DNA from: a virus
Lineage: Duplodnaviria; Caudoviricetes
IMG/VR virus record: IMGVR_UViG_3300011432_000003
Coordinates: 1 to 56,805 of that record
Strand: one strand, 5' to 3'
Length of the DNA: 56,805 nucleotides
The position numbers and the translations under genes were made by a program. This document shows positions 16,769 through 25,666 of this stretch, one piece after another; position 1 is the first letter of the stretch, and every line of letters starts with the position of its first letter. The notes beneath the pieces were generated by a model. That model was not told where the DNA came from, did no database searches, and was given only the letters and a program-made list of their open reading frames with translations.

Positions 16769-18690
16769 CGAAGACGCTCAAGATCTCGGCCGACTTCGCG
16801 CTGCCGTACGATGCGCAGACGCGCACCTTCGTTGTCTACGGCGGCAAGGGCAAAGGGAAGAGCAATCTCGGCGCCGTTATGTGCGAGGAATTCGCCGACG
16901 CCGGCCTGAAGTTCTGCGTCATCGATCCATTAGACGTCTTTTGGGGACTCCGGCACGGGAAGACGAAAGACGAGCAGGGGATCGACGTCGTCCTGCTCGG
17001 CGGCACGCACGGCGACTTAGCGATCGAGCCCGGCGCCGGCGCGACGGCGGCCGATTTCGTCGTCGACGAGACGGCGAGCGTGATAATCGTCATGCGCCGC
17101 GGAAACGGGGAGATGTGGACGAATGGCGAGCGGATCCGCTTTATGCGCGACTTCGCGACGCGCGTCTTTCAGCGGCAGGGGGAAGCGCGGCAGCCGTTGC
17201 ACTTGGTCGTCGACGAGGCCGGGCGCTTCGTGCCGCAGATGCCGGCAAAGAATGATCTCGCGATCGCCGAGTGCATCGGGGCGATCGAGCAGCTCGTCGA
17301 GTGGGGCCGGAATTTCGGGATCGGCGTCACGCTCATTACGCAGCGCTCCGCGCGGATGAATAAGAGCGTTAGTGAGCTGGCCGAGTGCATGGTCGCTTTC
17401 CAGACGGCCGGGCCGCGCTCGATCGGCGCCGTCGTCGACTGGTTCGGTGAGCACGTGCCGAAGGAACGGCAGCACGAGCTCGTCGGGATCCTGCGGAAGC
17501 TGCCCGTCGGCCGGGCGCTCATCGTGTCGCCGGAGTTTCTCGACTTCGAAGGCGAGGCGCAGATCCGGCACCGGCGCACCTTCGACTCGAGCGCGACACC
17601 GAAGGCCGGCGCGAAGCCGGCGAAGCCGGGCGGCCGGCGCGCGATCGATCTCGAGGCGTATCGCGTGAAGCTCGGCGAGACGATCGCGAAGGCCGAAGCG
17701 CAGGATCCGCGGGCGCTCATGAAGCGGATCCGGGATCTCGAGCAGCAACTCACGAAGCGGCTCGAGACGGCGAAGGCCGTCGCGGATCCGAAGGCGATCG
17801 AGCGAGCGGTCGCGGCGCTCGAGAAGACGCACGCGATCGCGCTCGGCCAGCTCCGGAAGCGCGTCGACGACGTGATCCGGAAGGCGACGCACGGCTTCGC
17901 GAGCCTGCAGGCGGCCGTCGAGAAGGCGAACGAAGCGGCGAAGCTCTTCGGCGAGGCCTTCCGGCATCAGCTCGAGAGCGTCCTCGAGGATCCGATATGG
18001 ACCGGGACGCCACGGCCGAGCGTGGACGATCACGCCGGCGACGGGTACGCCGCGCATGCGAGGATCGCGCAGGCCGTGCCATTCGCGCGGAAGGTAGCGC
18101 AGGCCTCACCGCTCACCGATGCGGCCGCACGCGCCGTCGTGGCTCGAGCGCGTCCCGATTCCGCGGTCGCAGAGAACGGGAACGGCAAAGGCCTGCCGAT
18201 CGGGATCCGGCACGTCGCGATCTTGAACGCCTTACTCGAGCTCGAGCAGCTCGGCGTCGGCGAGCCGTCCCGGATACAGCTCGGCGCCTTCGCCGGGCGC
18301 AACCTGACGGGCGGCACGGGCGGGATGGACGTCGCGGCGCTCGTCGAGGCCGGCCTCGCGCGGATCCCGTCGGCCGGGAAGGTCGCGATCACACGGGCCG
18401 GCGAGGCGCAGGCGTCACGGATCGAGGATCCGCTCACCCTCGAGGACGTGCACGCACGGGCTCGGGCACGCGTCCCGGAGCGCCTGCGGCCGATCCTCGA
18501 GCGGCTGCTCGAGATCTGGCCGGAGTCGGTTACACGGACGCAGCTCGGCGAGGTCGTCGGCCGGAACCTCACCGGCGGGACCGGCGGGATGGACGTCGCG
18601 GCCTTAGTGGCGCTCGGCTTCGCCGAGATCCCGCGGAGCGGGCACGTCGCCGCCGGCGGGATCCTCTTCCCGGAAAGTCTGCGGTCGTGA
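16765..18690 (+). CDS. HerA/FtsK-superfamily (DUF87-like) ATPase with two C-terminal winged-helix-like repeats
   Basis: Walker A GGKGKGKS, VIDP, Walker B LVVDEA, GRNFGIGVTLITQR; coiled coil; duplicated GRNLTGGTGGMDVAALV. Confidence 0.85.
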   Translation: MTKTLKISADFALPYDAQTRTFVVYGGKGKGKSNLGAVMCEEFADAGLKFCVIDPLDVFWGLRHGKTKDEQGIDVVLLGGTHGDLAIEPGAGATAADFVVDETASVIIVMRRGNGEMWTNGERIRFMRDFATRVFQRQGEARQPLHLVVDEAGRFVPQMPAKNDLAIAECIGAIEQLVEWGRNFGIGVTLITQRSARMNKSVSELAECMVAFQTAGPRSIGAVVDWFGEHVPKERQHELVGILRKLPVGRALIVSPEFLDFEGEAQIRHRRTFDSSATPKAGAKPAKPGGRRAIDLEAYRVKLGETIAKAEAQDPRALMKRIRDLEQQLTKRLETAKAVADPKAIERAVAALEKTHAIALGQLRKRVDDVIRKATHGFASLQAAVEKANEAAKLFGEAFRHQLESVLEDPIWTGTPRPSVDDHAGDGYAAHARIAQAVPFARKVAQASPLTDAAARAVVARARPDSAVAENGNGKGLPIGIRHVAILNALLELEQLGVGEPSRIQLGAFAGRNLTGGTGGMDVAALVEAGLARIPSAGKVAITRAGEAQASRIEDPLTLEDVHARARARVPERLRPILERLLEIWPESVTRTQLGEVVGRNLTGGTGGMDVAALVALGFAEIPRSGHVAAGGILFPESLRS

Positions 18691-18757
18691 GGCCTTGCGC
18701 AACCGCACAAGGCCTTTAGATTCCGGGTACACTCTCACGCTCGAGGTTCTCACGATG
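18691..18757 (+). promoter_or_regulatory. Hairpin-promoter/RBS cassette, copy 5
   Basis: GGCCTTGCGCAACCGCACAAGGCC, 16-bp spacer, TAGATT, then ACACTCTCACGCTCGAGGTTCTCACG-ATG. Confidence 0.85.
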
Positions 18758-19345
18758 ACGCAGCCGACGACCGAAAAAGCTCCCGCGATCCATCCCTTCG
18801 AAGAGTCAGGGCTCGGCGTCGGGCCGTTCCGCTGCGTCGGCGTCGAGACGCGCGTCGGACCGATCACGCTCGCCGACGGGACGCAAGTCGGCTCGCCGGG
18901 GCAGCCGATGGGCTCGTGCGCGCATTGCGGGACCGGGATTAAGGATTGCTATCTCATCCGCAGCGCAGACGGGAAGCGCTTTGTCGTCGGCTCGTCGTGC
19001 GTCCTCAAGACGAATCGGAAGAGCCTCGACACGCGCGGAATGTCGGAGCTCGAGCGCGACGTCCTGCGCGAGAAGCGGGCACTCGATCGCGAGAAGGCCG
19101 CGGCGAAGCGCGACGCGAAGTACCTCGCCGATCTGGCGAAGTTCAAGCCGTCATGGGACGCCGCGCGCGCCGCGCTCGAGGCCGATCCGACGCTCTGCGC
19201 CGGCGAGCCGCATCCGCAGATCTCGGGCCTGACGCTCCGGAATAAATACGAGTGGATGCTGCAGCATGCCGGCTTCGCCGGTCGGAACGCGACGGCGGCG
19301 TGCATCCTGCGCGCGGCCGCGGCGAAGGCCGGAGTCGCCGAGTGA
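18755..19345 (+). CDS. Hypothetical Zn-binding protein
   Basis: HPFE...GSCAHCGTGIK...FVVGSSCV; start at the cassette ATG. Confidence 0.75.
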   Translation: MTQPTTEKAPAIHPFEESGLGVGPFRCVGVETRVGPITLADGTQVGSPGQPMGSCAHCGTGIKDCYLIRSADGKRFVVGSSCVLKTNRKSLDTRGMSELERDVLREKRALDREKAAAKRDAKYLADLAKFKPSWDAARAALEADPTLCAGEPHPQISGLTLRNKYEWMLQHAGFAGRNATAACILRAAAAKAGVAE

Positions 19346-19539
19346 AGCCGCTCCCGCAATGGGCGCGCGTGCAGCAGCGCGCGCTCGAGACGGCGACGCT
19401 CTGCGCGACGTGCGGGAAAAAGACGCTCGTCGCGAACGTGTCGCCGCTGCGCGTGCGGCCGACGCTCGAGCCGGTGACGGCGGCGACGCACTGCACGTGT
19501 CCCGGCGGCCCGGCCGCGGAGATCTCGCATGTTCGGTGA
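19342..19539 (+). CDS. Small Cys-containing hypothetical protein
   Basis: GTGA overlap; CATC...CTC. Confidence 0.5.
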   Translation: MKPLPQWARVQQRALETATLCATCGKKTLVANVSPLRVRPTLEPVTAATHCTCPGGPAAEISHVR

Positions 19540-19882
19540 GCCCGGCGGGATCCGCGCGATCATGGTCGCACTCGTGCTCGAGGATGGCCGGCAGGTATGG
19601 ATCGCCGGCCGGTGCTCGCCGGAGTATTCCGACTGCACGATCGGTTTCGAGCGCGACGTCGTTCCCATATGGGACAAGCCATTCGGGCCGCCGATCGGGC
19701 ACTTCGTCCGCGATCTGACTTTCAAGATCGAAGGCCGTTTTCCCGGCTTCGTCGGCGGCGAGACGTGGAAGGAAGGCACGCCGGATCCGGACGCGCTGCG
19801 CACCGTCGCCGGCGATCTCCCGGAGCCGCCGAAGCAGATCGCGGCCGGGCCGATCGCCGTCATCGAGGCGCCGAAAGAATGA
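19529..19882 (+). CDS. Hypothetical protein
   Basis: GGAG RBS; typical codon usage. Confidence 0.65.
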   Translation: MFGEPGGIRAIMVALVLEDGRQVWIAGRCSPEYSDCTIGFERDVVPIWDKPFGPPIGHFVRDLTFKIEGRFPGFVGGETWKEGTPDPDALRTVAGDLPEPPKQIAAGPIAVIEAPKE

Positions 19883-20037
19883 CGACGCTCGCCGCGGTGT
19901 CTCTGTATCTCGCGATCGTCGCCGGCGTCGGGACGGGTCGTGCGCGCGTGCATTCGCCGGCATGGTGGATCGCGATCGTCTTGTGCGTCGGCTTCTGCCG
20001 GATCTTCGTCGAGCTCTTACTCCGGATCCCTCGATGA
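19879..20037 (+). CDS. Small 2-TM membrane protein
   Basis: Two hydrophobic segments; ATGA overlaps at both ends. Confidence 0.6.
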   Translation: MTTLAAVSLYLAIVAGVGTGRARVHSPAWWIAIVLCVGFCRIFVELLLRIPR

Positions 20038-20546
20038 GCCGGCATCCGCACGCCGGCGAGAAACGGAAGCCGACGCTCGAGCGGCAACTCGAGGGGACGG
20101 GGCTCTTCGGCGGATTGCCAGAGCCGGGCAGCGACGCCGAGCTGCGGGAAGCCGCGCGCGCTCTCGCGCTCCCGATCGAGGACGTGCGCGTACTCCGGGA
20201 CGGCGTCGACATAGCACCGGGGCCGCAGCGGCTCGGCCGCCGCGCGATCGCGCAGGACGTCGCGCTCGGGAAGGCGCTCATCGTCAAAGGGACGAAGATC
20301 GAGCAGATCCTTGCGTTTCTACGCAAGGACTATAAACTCGGATGCACGCGGGAGCAGATCGCGAAAGCGCTCGGCTTCAAGCTGCAAACCGTTTGCGGGC
20401 GCGTAAACGATCTGCTCTATCGGAAAGCTGCAGGCCTGCCGGCGCCGCTCGTGTATGAGCGCGGCGAAGATTCGACCGGGGCCGCTTATGTGTACGCATT
20501 CACGCCGGAAGCTCTCTCACTCTCTCGACTCACGGACACAAAATGA
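20034..20546 (+). CDS. Winged helix-turn-helix DNA-binding protein
   Basis: GCTREQIAKALGFKLQTVCGRVNDL. Confidence 0.7.
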   Translation: MSRHPHAGEKRKPTLERQLEGTGLFGGLPEPGSDAELREAARALALPIEDVRVLRDGVDIAPGPQRLGRRAIAQDVALGKALIVKGTKIEQILAFLRKDYKLGCTREQIAKALGFKLQTVCGRVNDLLYRKAAGLPAPLVYERGEDSTGAAYVYAFTPEALSLSRLTDTK

Positions 20547-20950
20547 AGACACAGATCCTCGCCGCGCTCGTCACCGATTCGCCAGAGGCGGCGACACTCG
20601 GCCTCGAGGCCGCCGAGCTCTCGATCGAGCAACTCCTGCAGGCGGAGCCGATCGCCGATCGCATGCTCGCGGAAGTCCGGACGGCGATCGGGACGAAGCT
20701 CCGCGATGAGCGCGCCGCGCTCGGGCTCTCGCTCGAGGAAGTGCGCGACAAGTCGGGCCGCTCGATTGACTCCGGCGGCCTCTCGCGGCTCGAGCGCGGG
20801 CAGTCATGGAGCGGCGAGCTTGCCGGCACGGCGCGCAAGTTCTACGCGCGCGAGCGCGCCAAGCAGGCGAAGGCCGACGCACGGAAGCAGGCGAAGGCAG
20901 CGGCATCGTATGCCGTCGTCACCGAAGGACGCCGCAGAGCCGGCGCGTGA
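20543..20950 (+). CDS. XRE/Cro-family HTH regulator
   Basis: IGTKLRDERAALGLSLEEV...LSRLERG. Confidence 0.75.
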   Translation: MKTQILAALVTDSPEAATLGLEAAELSIEQLLQAEPIADRMLAEVRTAIGTKLRDERAALGLSLEEVRDKSGRSIDSGGLSRLERGQSWSGELAGTARKFYARERAKQAKADARKQAKAAASYAVVTEGRRRAGA

Positions 20951-21366
20951 GATCGTCGCGGAAGCAGCTCGATCCGGAGCTCGAGGCGCTCAAGGCGTAC
21001 GGGAAGCACGTCCGCGCGTGGATCGATAAAGACGAGCCGCGGCGGCTCGAGCTGCTCAAGGCGCAGTGCGAGCGCTTCGGGATCGCGCTCCGGCAGCTCT
21101 CGCCGCACTCGTGGCGCCTCACGCTCGGCGAGACGTGGTGCGACTACTTCCCGCGGCGCCGGACCGTCACACACGGGAACGAACGCGTCGGCGACGGGCT
21201 CGCGGCCGCGCTCGAGTATCTCGGGATCCCGAAGCGCGACGCCGTCCGGCTCGAGCCGCGGCGACGTGGACAACGTGTGTGGACAACCGACGTGGACAAT
21301 ACGGCCGGAGATTCCACACGGGATCCCACATTGCCCAATGTGGAACGGAAAGCGCCGCCGGCGTGA
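20947..21366 (+). CDS. Hypothetical protein whose 3' end overlaps the putative origin
   Basis: GTGA overlap; HSWRL...CDYFP; the last ~35 codons run over DnaA-box-like repeats. Confidence 0.6.
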   Translation: MRSSRKQLDPELEALKAYGKHVRAWIDKDEPRRLELLKAQCERFGIALRQLSPHSWRLTLGETWCDYFPRRRTVTHGNERVGDGLAAALEYLGIPKRDAVRLEPRRRGQRVWTTDVDNTAGDSTRDPTLPNVERKAPPA

Positions 21367-21440
21367 CGGTTAGCTCGGTTCTGCACGTTTCAACACGTCT
21401 CTACTGTTACTGATTCTGTAAGTCTTTAGTCCTACTATCA
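21265..21440. other. Putative oriC-like replication origin (DnaA boxes, DnaA-trios, AT-rich tract)
   Basis: YGTGGACAA at 21265, 21278 and 21291 (reverse complement of TTGTCCACA/G, 13-bp period); tandem TTCTGCACG/GTTTCAACA at 21379-21395; CTA CTG TTA CTG ATT CTG at 21401-21418; among the lowest-GC tracts of the genome. Confidence 0.6.
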
Positions 21441-21461
21441 GAACCCGCTCACGAGGGGAGA

Positions 21462-21887
21462 ATGCCAGCAACGAAAGCAAAGCCGAAGGCTCGCGCGGCT
21501 CGCGCGAAGCGCTTCGCAGAGTACATGCTCGAGAATTTCCGGAACGCATTCGCCGAGCTGCGCGCGATCTCCGGGCAGATCTCGCAACTCGGGCACATGG
21601 TCGAAGGGCTCAAGGCACGGATCCCGGACACGCTCGCGAAGACGAATCGATTCGGCGAGCCGATTCGTGTCACGTCGTGGAAGATCGCGCGGCCGCTTAC
21701 GGTGCCGATGTACAATCCCGACGCCGATCGGGATCGGCAGCTCACGGAGCCGGCCGAGCTGGCCGTCGTGCTCTTTGAGCTCGTCGCACGAGCGGACACA
21801 CTCGGGGCGACGAATCGAATCGCGAGCGTCACCTTCGACGAGCGCGAGGGGAAGCTCGAGCTCTACGCGCGGGAGCGCCTCACGTGA
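21462..21887 (+). CDS. Hypothetical protein
   Basis: GAGGGGAG RBS. Confidence 0.7.
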   Translation: MPATKAKPKARAARAKRFAEYMLENFRNAFAELRAISGQISQLGHMVEGLKARIPDTLAKTNRFGEPIRVTSWKIARPLTVPMYNPDADRDRQLTEPAELAVVLFELVARADTLGATNRIASVTFDEREGKLELYARERLT

Positions 21888-22066
21888 GCGCCGAAACATT
21901 CGCGCGCGGCGCGTACGCCGTCGCCGCGATCGCCTTCGTGCTCGCGGTCGTCGTCTTCATGCTGCAGTCGCATCTCCGGTATCGCGCGGCCCGGCGCCGG
22001 CACGAAGAGCAGTATCGGCGCGTCCTCGCGTCGATCCGGAGCACGCTCGAGAACCTCGAGCGGTGA
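21884..22066 (+). CDS. Small membrane protein
   Basis: One TM followed by a basic tail; overlaps at both ends. Confidence 0.6.
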   Translation: MSAETFARGAYAVAAIAFVLAVVVFMLQSHLRYRAARRRHEEQYRRVLASIRSTLENLER

Positions 22067-22356
22067 CGACGCTCTGCGCGACGTGTCCGCTCAATCGGGA
22101 TCCGACGCAACCGCTCTCCGGGCGGCAGGCGCAGCTCTTGCGCTTTCTCGGCCAGTATCACCGGCGCTCGGGCATCATGCCGGCGTATTCCGAGATCGCC
22201 GAAGCGCTCGGCGTCCGCTCGCTCGCGAGTGTATCGGAGCTCGTCGGGACGCTCGAGGGGAAGGGATGGATCTCCCGCCGGCATAACGTCGCGCGCTCGA
22301 TCACGCTCACCGCGGCCGCGGTCGAATGGGTCGCACAGTACGGAGACGCGGCATGA
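22063..22356 (+). CDS. LexA N-terminal DNA-binding-domain-only protein
   Basis: LSGRQAQLLRFL...GIMPAYSEIAEALGVRSLASVSELVGTLEGKGWISR...ARSI; no peptidase domain. Confidence 0.85.
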   Translation: MTTLCATCPLNRDPTQPLSGRQAQLLRFLGQYHRRSGIMPAYSEIAEALGVRSLASVSELVGTLEGKGWISRRHNVARSITLTAAAVEWVAQYGDAA

Positions 22357-22649
22357 TGAGCGCGGCCGATCTATGTCCGAAGTGCGGCGGGCAGCGGATG
22401 CGACAAGCCGGGTGGATGCTCTGCGCTTGTCCCGGTCCCGGTATTCGTGAAGCGGGCATGCTCGCCGAAGCCGAGAACGTGCTCCGGCTCTCCGGCGACG
22501 GATTGCTGCTCGCCGAGCTGCTCCGCGACGGCGCCGAGATCACGATTTATCGGGACAAAAGCATCGGGATTAACCGGCTCGACGGCTCGACGGTGCCGTT
22601 TAGCGATGACGTCGATCGGCACGCGATCGCGAGGATCCTCTGCCGATGA
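22353..22649 (+). CDS. Hypothetical protein with N-terminal Zn ribbon
   Basis: CPKCGG...CAC. Confidence 0.6.
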   Translation: MMSAADLCPKCGGQRMRQAGWMLCACPGPGIREAGMLAEAENVLRLSGDGLLLAELLRDGAEITIYRDKSIGINRLDGSTVPFSDDVDRHAIARILCR

Positions 22650-22927
22650 TCCCGCCGGAGCTCGCGCATCTCAACCCGGCGAACGTCCGGGAATTCCTGC
22701 CGCTCGTCGAGCAGTACAAGCGCCGCGGATACACGGCCGCTGCCTGCGCGAATGCGATCGTCAGGCCTTGGTCGCAGCAGGCGACGCGAGACGCGAAGGC
22801 CGGGCTCCGGCCGGCAATCCTCATCGAGCAGGATCTCGCGAAGGCCTGCGCGATGCTCGGCGACATTATTCACACGGTGTACCGGACACGTGTCCTCTTT
22901 ACCAATCACGGGAGCGTACTCTCATGA
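22646..22927 (+). CDS. Hypothetical protein
   Basis: ATGA overlaps. Confidence 0.55.
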   Translation: MIPPELAHLNPANVREFLPLVEQYKRRGYTAAACANAIVRPWSQQATRDAKAGLRPAILIEQDLAKACAMLGDIIHTVYRTRVLFTNHGSVLS

Positions 22928-23151
22928 CTTTGCTAACCTCACCGCAGCTCGGGCCGATCCTCTTCGTGATCCTCGTCTTCGTCGGGATCGGCGTCTTCAC
23001 CCTCGCACGTTCGCTCATCCTCGCCGGCGCCTGCGTTTACGAATATCGCCAGCACAAGCGCCGCGGCGGCCGGCTCACGTTCCGCGGCTTCCTCGAGGCC
23101 TTCGGCGTGCGGAACATGCTCGAGCGGCACGAGTGGATCCGGCCGCAATGA
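22924..23151 (+). CDS. Small membrane protein
   Basis: TM ILFVILVFVGIGVFTLA. Confidence 0.6.
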   Translation: MTLLTSPQLGPILFVILVFVGIGVFTLARSLILAGACVYEYRQHKRRGGRLTFRGFLEAFGVRNMLERHEWIRPQ

Positions 23152-23648
23152 TCGACGCCGTGAGTATGTCGGCGATCGTCTTCGTCGTGCTCGTCGGCCT
23201 CTCCGCGATCGGCGCGCTCACGGTCACGCATCGGCTCCGCGATTGGGTCGAGGCACGCCTCGATCCCGATCGCCTGCACTGCGGGTATCACGAGGCACTC
23301 GAGCGGATTCGTGAGGCGATCGGGCTCCCGCCGCGGATCGCGCACTCGACGATCGCCGACGAGGCGATCCGGATCATCCGGGAGCCGATCCTCTCGCTCG
23401 CGGCGGATCCGTACAAGGCCGAAGCCGTCGACGTGCTCGAGATCTCGTATGACGTTCGGGCATTGTGGGGCCGGTGCGATGTGTGCGGCGCCGGGCACGG
23501 TATGCAGTGTCGGAACGTGATCGACGCCGGCCTTTTCCGGGAAGGTGATCGAGGCGTTTCGGCGGCCGCGCATTTTGGCCGGCTCGCGAAGGCGCCGCTC
23601 TCGGTCCGTCTCGAGTGGTCACGTGCGAGGCTCGCCGGCAAGGCATAG
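23148..23648 (+). CDS. Membrane-anchored protein with C-terminal phage Zn finger
   Basis: N-terminal TM; [12 protein letters not shown]...HFGR. Confidence 0.6.
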   Translation: MIDAVSMSAIVFVVLVGLSAIGALTVTHRLRDWVEARLDPDRLHCGYHEALERIREAIGLPPRIAHSTIADEAIRIIREPILSLAADPYKAEAVDVLEISYDVRALWGRCDVCGAGHGMQCRNVIDAGLFREGDRGVSAAAHFGRLAKAPLSVRLEWSRARLAGKA

Positions 23649-23706
23649 ATTCCGCGGCGAGGCCGGAAGCCGGCCGACACACACACTTGCTCGAGGATCG
23701 TCCGCA

Positions 23707-23916
23707 ATGGCTCGCGAGTCTGGCATCGTGAAGTGGTTCAACGATCAAAAAGGGTTCGGCTTTATCACGCGCGACAATGGCGGGAAGGACGTTTTCGTAC
23801 ATCAGACGGCGATCAAAGCCGACGGATTCCGCACCCTCTCGGAAGGCGAGCGCGTGACGTTCGACGTCGAGAACGCGGAGAAGGGACCGGCGGCGAAAGA
23901 CGTCGAGAAGTCATAA
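23707..23916 (+). CDS. cspA: Cold-shock protein (CSD)
   Basis: [15 protein letters not shown] (RNP1), DVFVH (RNP2), KGPAAKDV; GAGGA RBS. Confidence 0.97.
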   Translation: MARESGIVKWFNDQKGFGFITRDNGGKDVFVHQTAIKADGFRTLSEGERVTFDVENAEKGPAAKDVEKS

Positions 23917-23983
23917 ATCGATCGATCCCGCCGGCCGGGGGGCCGGCGTGGGTCGTCGCTCTCACTCTCACGGACCTATCACG

Positions 23984-24418
23984 ATGACGGCAGCCGGGAC
24001 GCTTTCGATCTCACTCAATCGTCGCGAGGGCGAATGCATCGCGTGCGGCGCCGCCGTTACGGATCCGCGGCAAGGGCTGCCGATGCGCGACGGCGAGATC
24101 GTCGATCTCGAGGATAACGGCGAGTGGGGCGGCTTCCATGCGTGCCGCGATTGTTATAACGCATACATCGTCGCCGGTCCGGCCGGCGTCCGGATTCGCC
24201 TGCAGGCGATCGCCGGTGCCGCGGATCGGTTCGAGGTCGTCGGGCCTGACGGTCAAGTTGAGTGGGACAGTGAGGCCGCATATCGCAACTCGCCAGAGAT
24301 GAGCAGCGCGGAGCGGGCGGCCGTCGCCGTGAAGATCGCGACCGTCGGCGTCGGCGGCATTGGCCGAGACGTCCGCCGCTCGATTGTGATCCGGTCCTCG
24401 CTCCATCTCTCCCGATGA
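23984..24418 (+). CDS. Hypothetical Zn-binding protein
   Basis: CIAC...ACRDC; CTCTCACTCTCAC leader. Confidence 0.65.
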   Translation: MTAAGTLSISLNRREGECIACGAAVTDPRQGLPMRDGEIVDLEDNGEWGGFHACRDCYNAYIVAGPAGVRIRLQAIAGAADRFEVVGPDGQVEWDSEAAYRNSPEMSSAERAAVAVKIATVGVGGIGRDVRRSIVIRSSLHLSR

Positions 24419-24536
24419 TCTCGATCGATCGCGCCACATACGCACAGACGCTCACCTTCGCCGTCCGCCGGCTTCGCAAGGCCGCGCGCTATTTCGTGCG
24501 CTGCGTCGGGCGCGCCTTCCTCGCCGGCGCGCGCTC

Positions 24537-25022
24537 GTGAGGATCCTCACCCTCTGGCAGCCGTGGGCGACGCTCGTCGCGCTCGACGAGAAAGCGATCG
24601 AGACGCGCGGATGGGGCACGAGCTATCGGGGGCCGCTCGCGATCCATGCCGCGCAGAAATTCGACGCCGTTAGTCGCGAGTGGTGCACGCGGGATCCGTT
24701 CCGCTTCGTCCTGCGCACGCACGGGATCCTCGAGCCGGAGCAGCTCCCGCTCGGCGCGATCGTCTGCGTGACGAAGCTCGTCGACTGCATCCCGACGGAC
24801 GGCCTCGAGGCGCTCGGGCGGATCCTCGCCGGCGGCCGCTTCGAAAAGAATTTCGGCGACTACCGGCCCGGCCGGCGCGCGTGGATCCTGCAGCGGCCGC
24901 CGATCCGTCTCGAGCCGCCGATCCCGTTCAAAAACGGGCAAGGCCTGCGCGCGATGCCGGGCGCACTCGCCGGCGAGCTCGCGCAGCGTCTCATCGCCTC
25001 GAGTGGCGCGCCGCACGCATGA
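24537..25022 (+). CDS. ASCH domain protein
   Basis: LTLWQPWATLVA..EKAIETRGW.TSYRGPLAIHA; GDYRPGRRAW; GQGL. Confidence 0.9.
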   Translation: MRILTLWQPWATLVALDEKAIETRGWGTSYRGPLAIHAAQKFDAVSREWCTRDPFRFVLRTHGILEPEQLPLGAIVCVTKLVDCIPTDGLEALGRILAGGRFEKNFGDYRPGRRAWILQRPPIRLEPPIPFKNGQGLRAMPGALAGELAQRLIASSGAPHA

Positions 25023-25080
25023 CGTTTATACTCGCACTCCCGCCTCATCATGTACGCCGAGACACTCAAGGGGTATCTCG

Positions 25081-25665
25081 ATGATCGTCGACTTCATCGT
25101 GCCGGACTTCCCGCTCGTGCAGTCCGCGCACAAGCTCATTAAGAAAGCGCTCGAGCGAGCCGCAAGCGCCGTCCGTCAGATCGGCCACAACGACGACGCG
25201 ATCGCGACGGATCTCCATCATCTCGAGGCCTTCGAAGCGCGGTACAATCGCGCACGCGTGAAGGCGAACGGCGAGGACAACGGGCAGACGTCGCAGGGAT
25301 TCGCGTCCGCGGTCGACGTGCCGGCCGTCGAGGCCGCGGTGATCCGGACCGGGATCTTACTTCTCCTGCAGCGGCACACGGGCACCGCGGATAAGCTGCA
25401 GTCCGAGATCGATCTCGAGGACAAAGAGCTCGGCGCGCGGCTCGGCGATATGCGTAATCTCGGCCTGCGGCTCGGCGGGCAGGGCGACTTATTCGCCGCC
25501 GCGGCGACGGCCGAGAAGCGGGCGCTCGTCGAAGGTATGGGGCTCTCGGCGTCGGCCGTCGGCGTCGAGAAGGTTCGGAAGCCGCGAGTCATGCACAAGC
25601 GGTCGACGGAGAAGGGGACACCTAGCGAGCCGGCCGGACGCCGAAAGGGGAAGCGGGGCCGATAG
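25081..25665 (+). CDS. Hypothetical protein
   Basis: AAGGGG RBS; preceded by TGGCGC-17-TATACT. Confidence 0.7.
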   Translation: MIVDFIVPDFPLVQSAHKLIKKALERAASAVRQIGHNDDAIATDLHHLEAFEARYNRARVKANGEDNGQTSQGFASAVDVPAVEAAVIRTGILLLLQRHTGTADKLQSEIDLEDKELGARLGDMRNLGLRLGGQGDLFAAAATAEKRALVEGMGLSASAVGVEKVRKPRVMHKRSTEKGTPSEPAGRRKGKRGR

Positions 25666-25666
25666 G

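Noticed and set aside
16765-18690. HerA-based defence system (Sir2-HerA, NurA-HerA) or conjugative VirB4/VirD4
   Set aside because: No partner nuclease/sirtuin or T4SS genes are adjacent; the context is the phage recombination operon.
20947-21440. Lambda O-type replication initiator gene containing iterons
   Set aside because: No frame gives a long initiator-like ORF across the repeats; the repeats match DnaA boxes better. A cryptic initiator nearby is not fully excluded.
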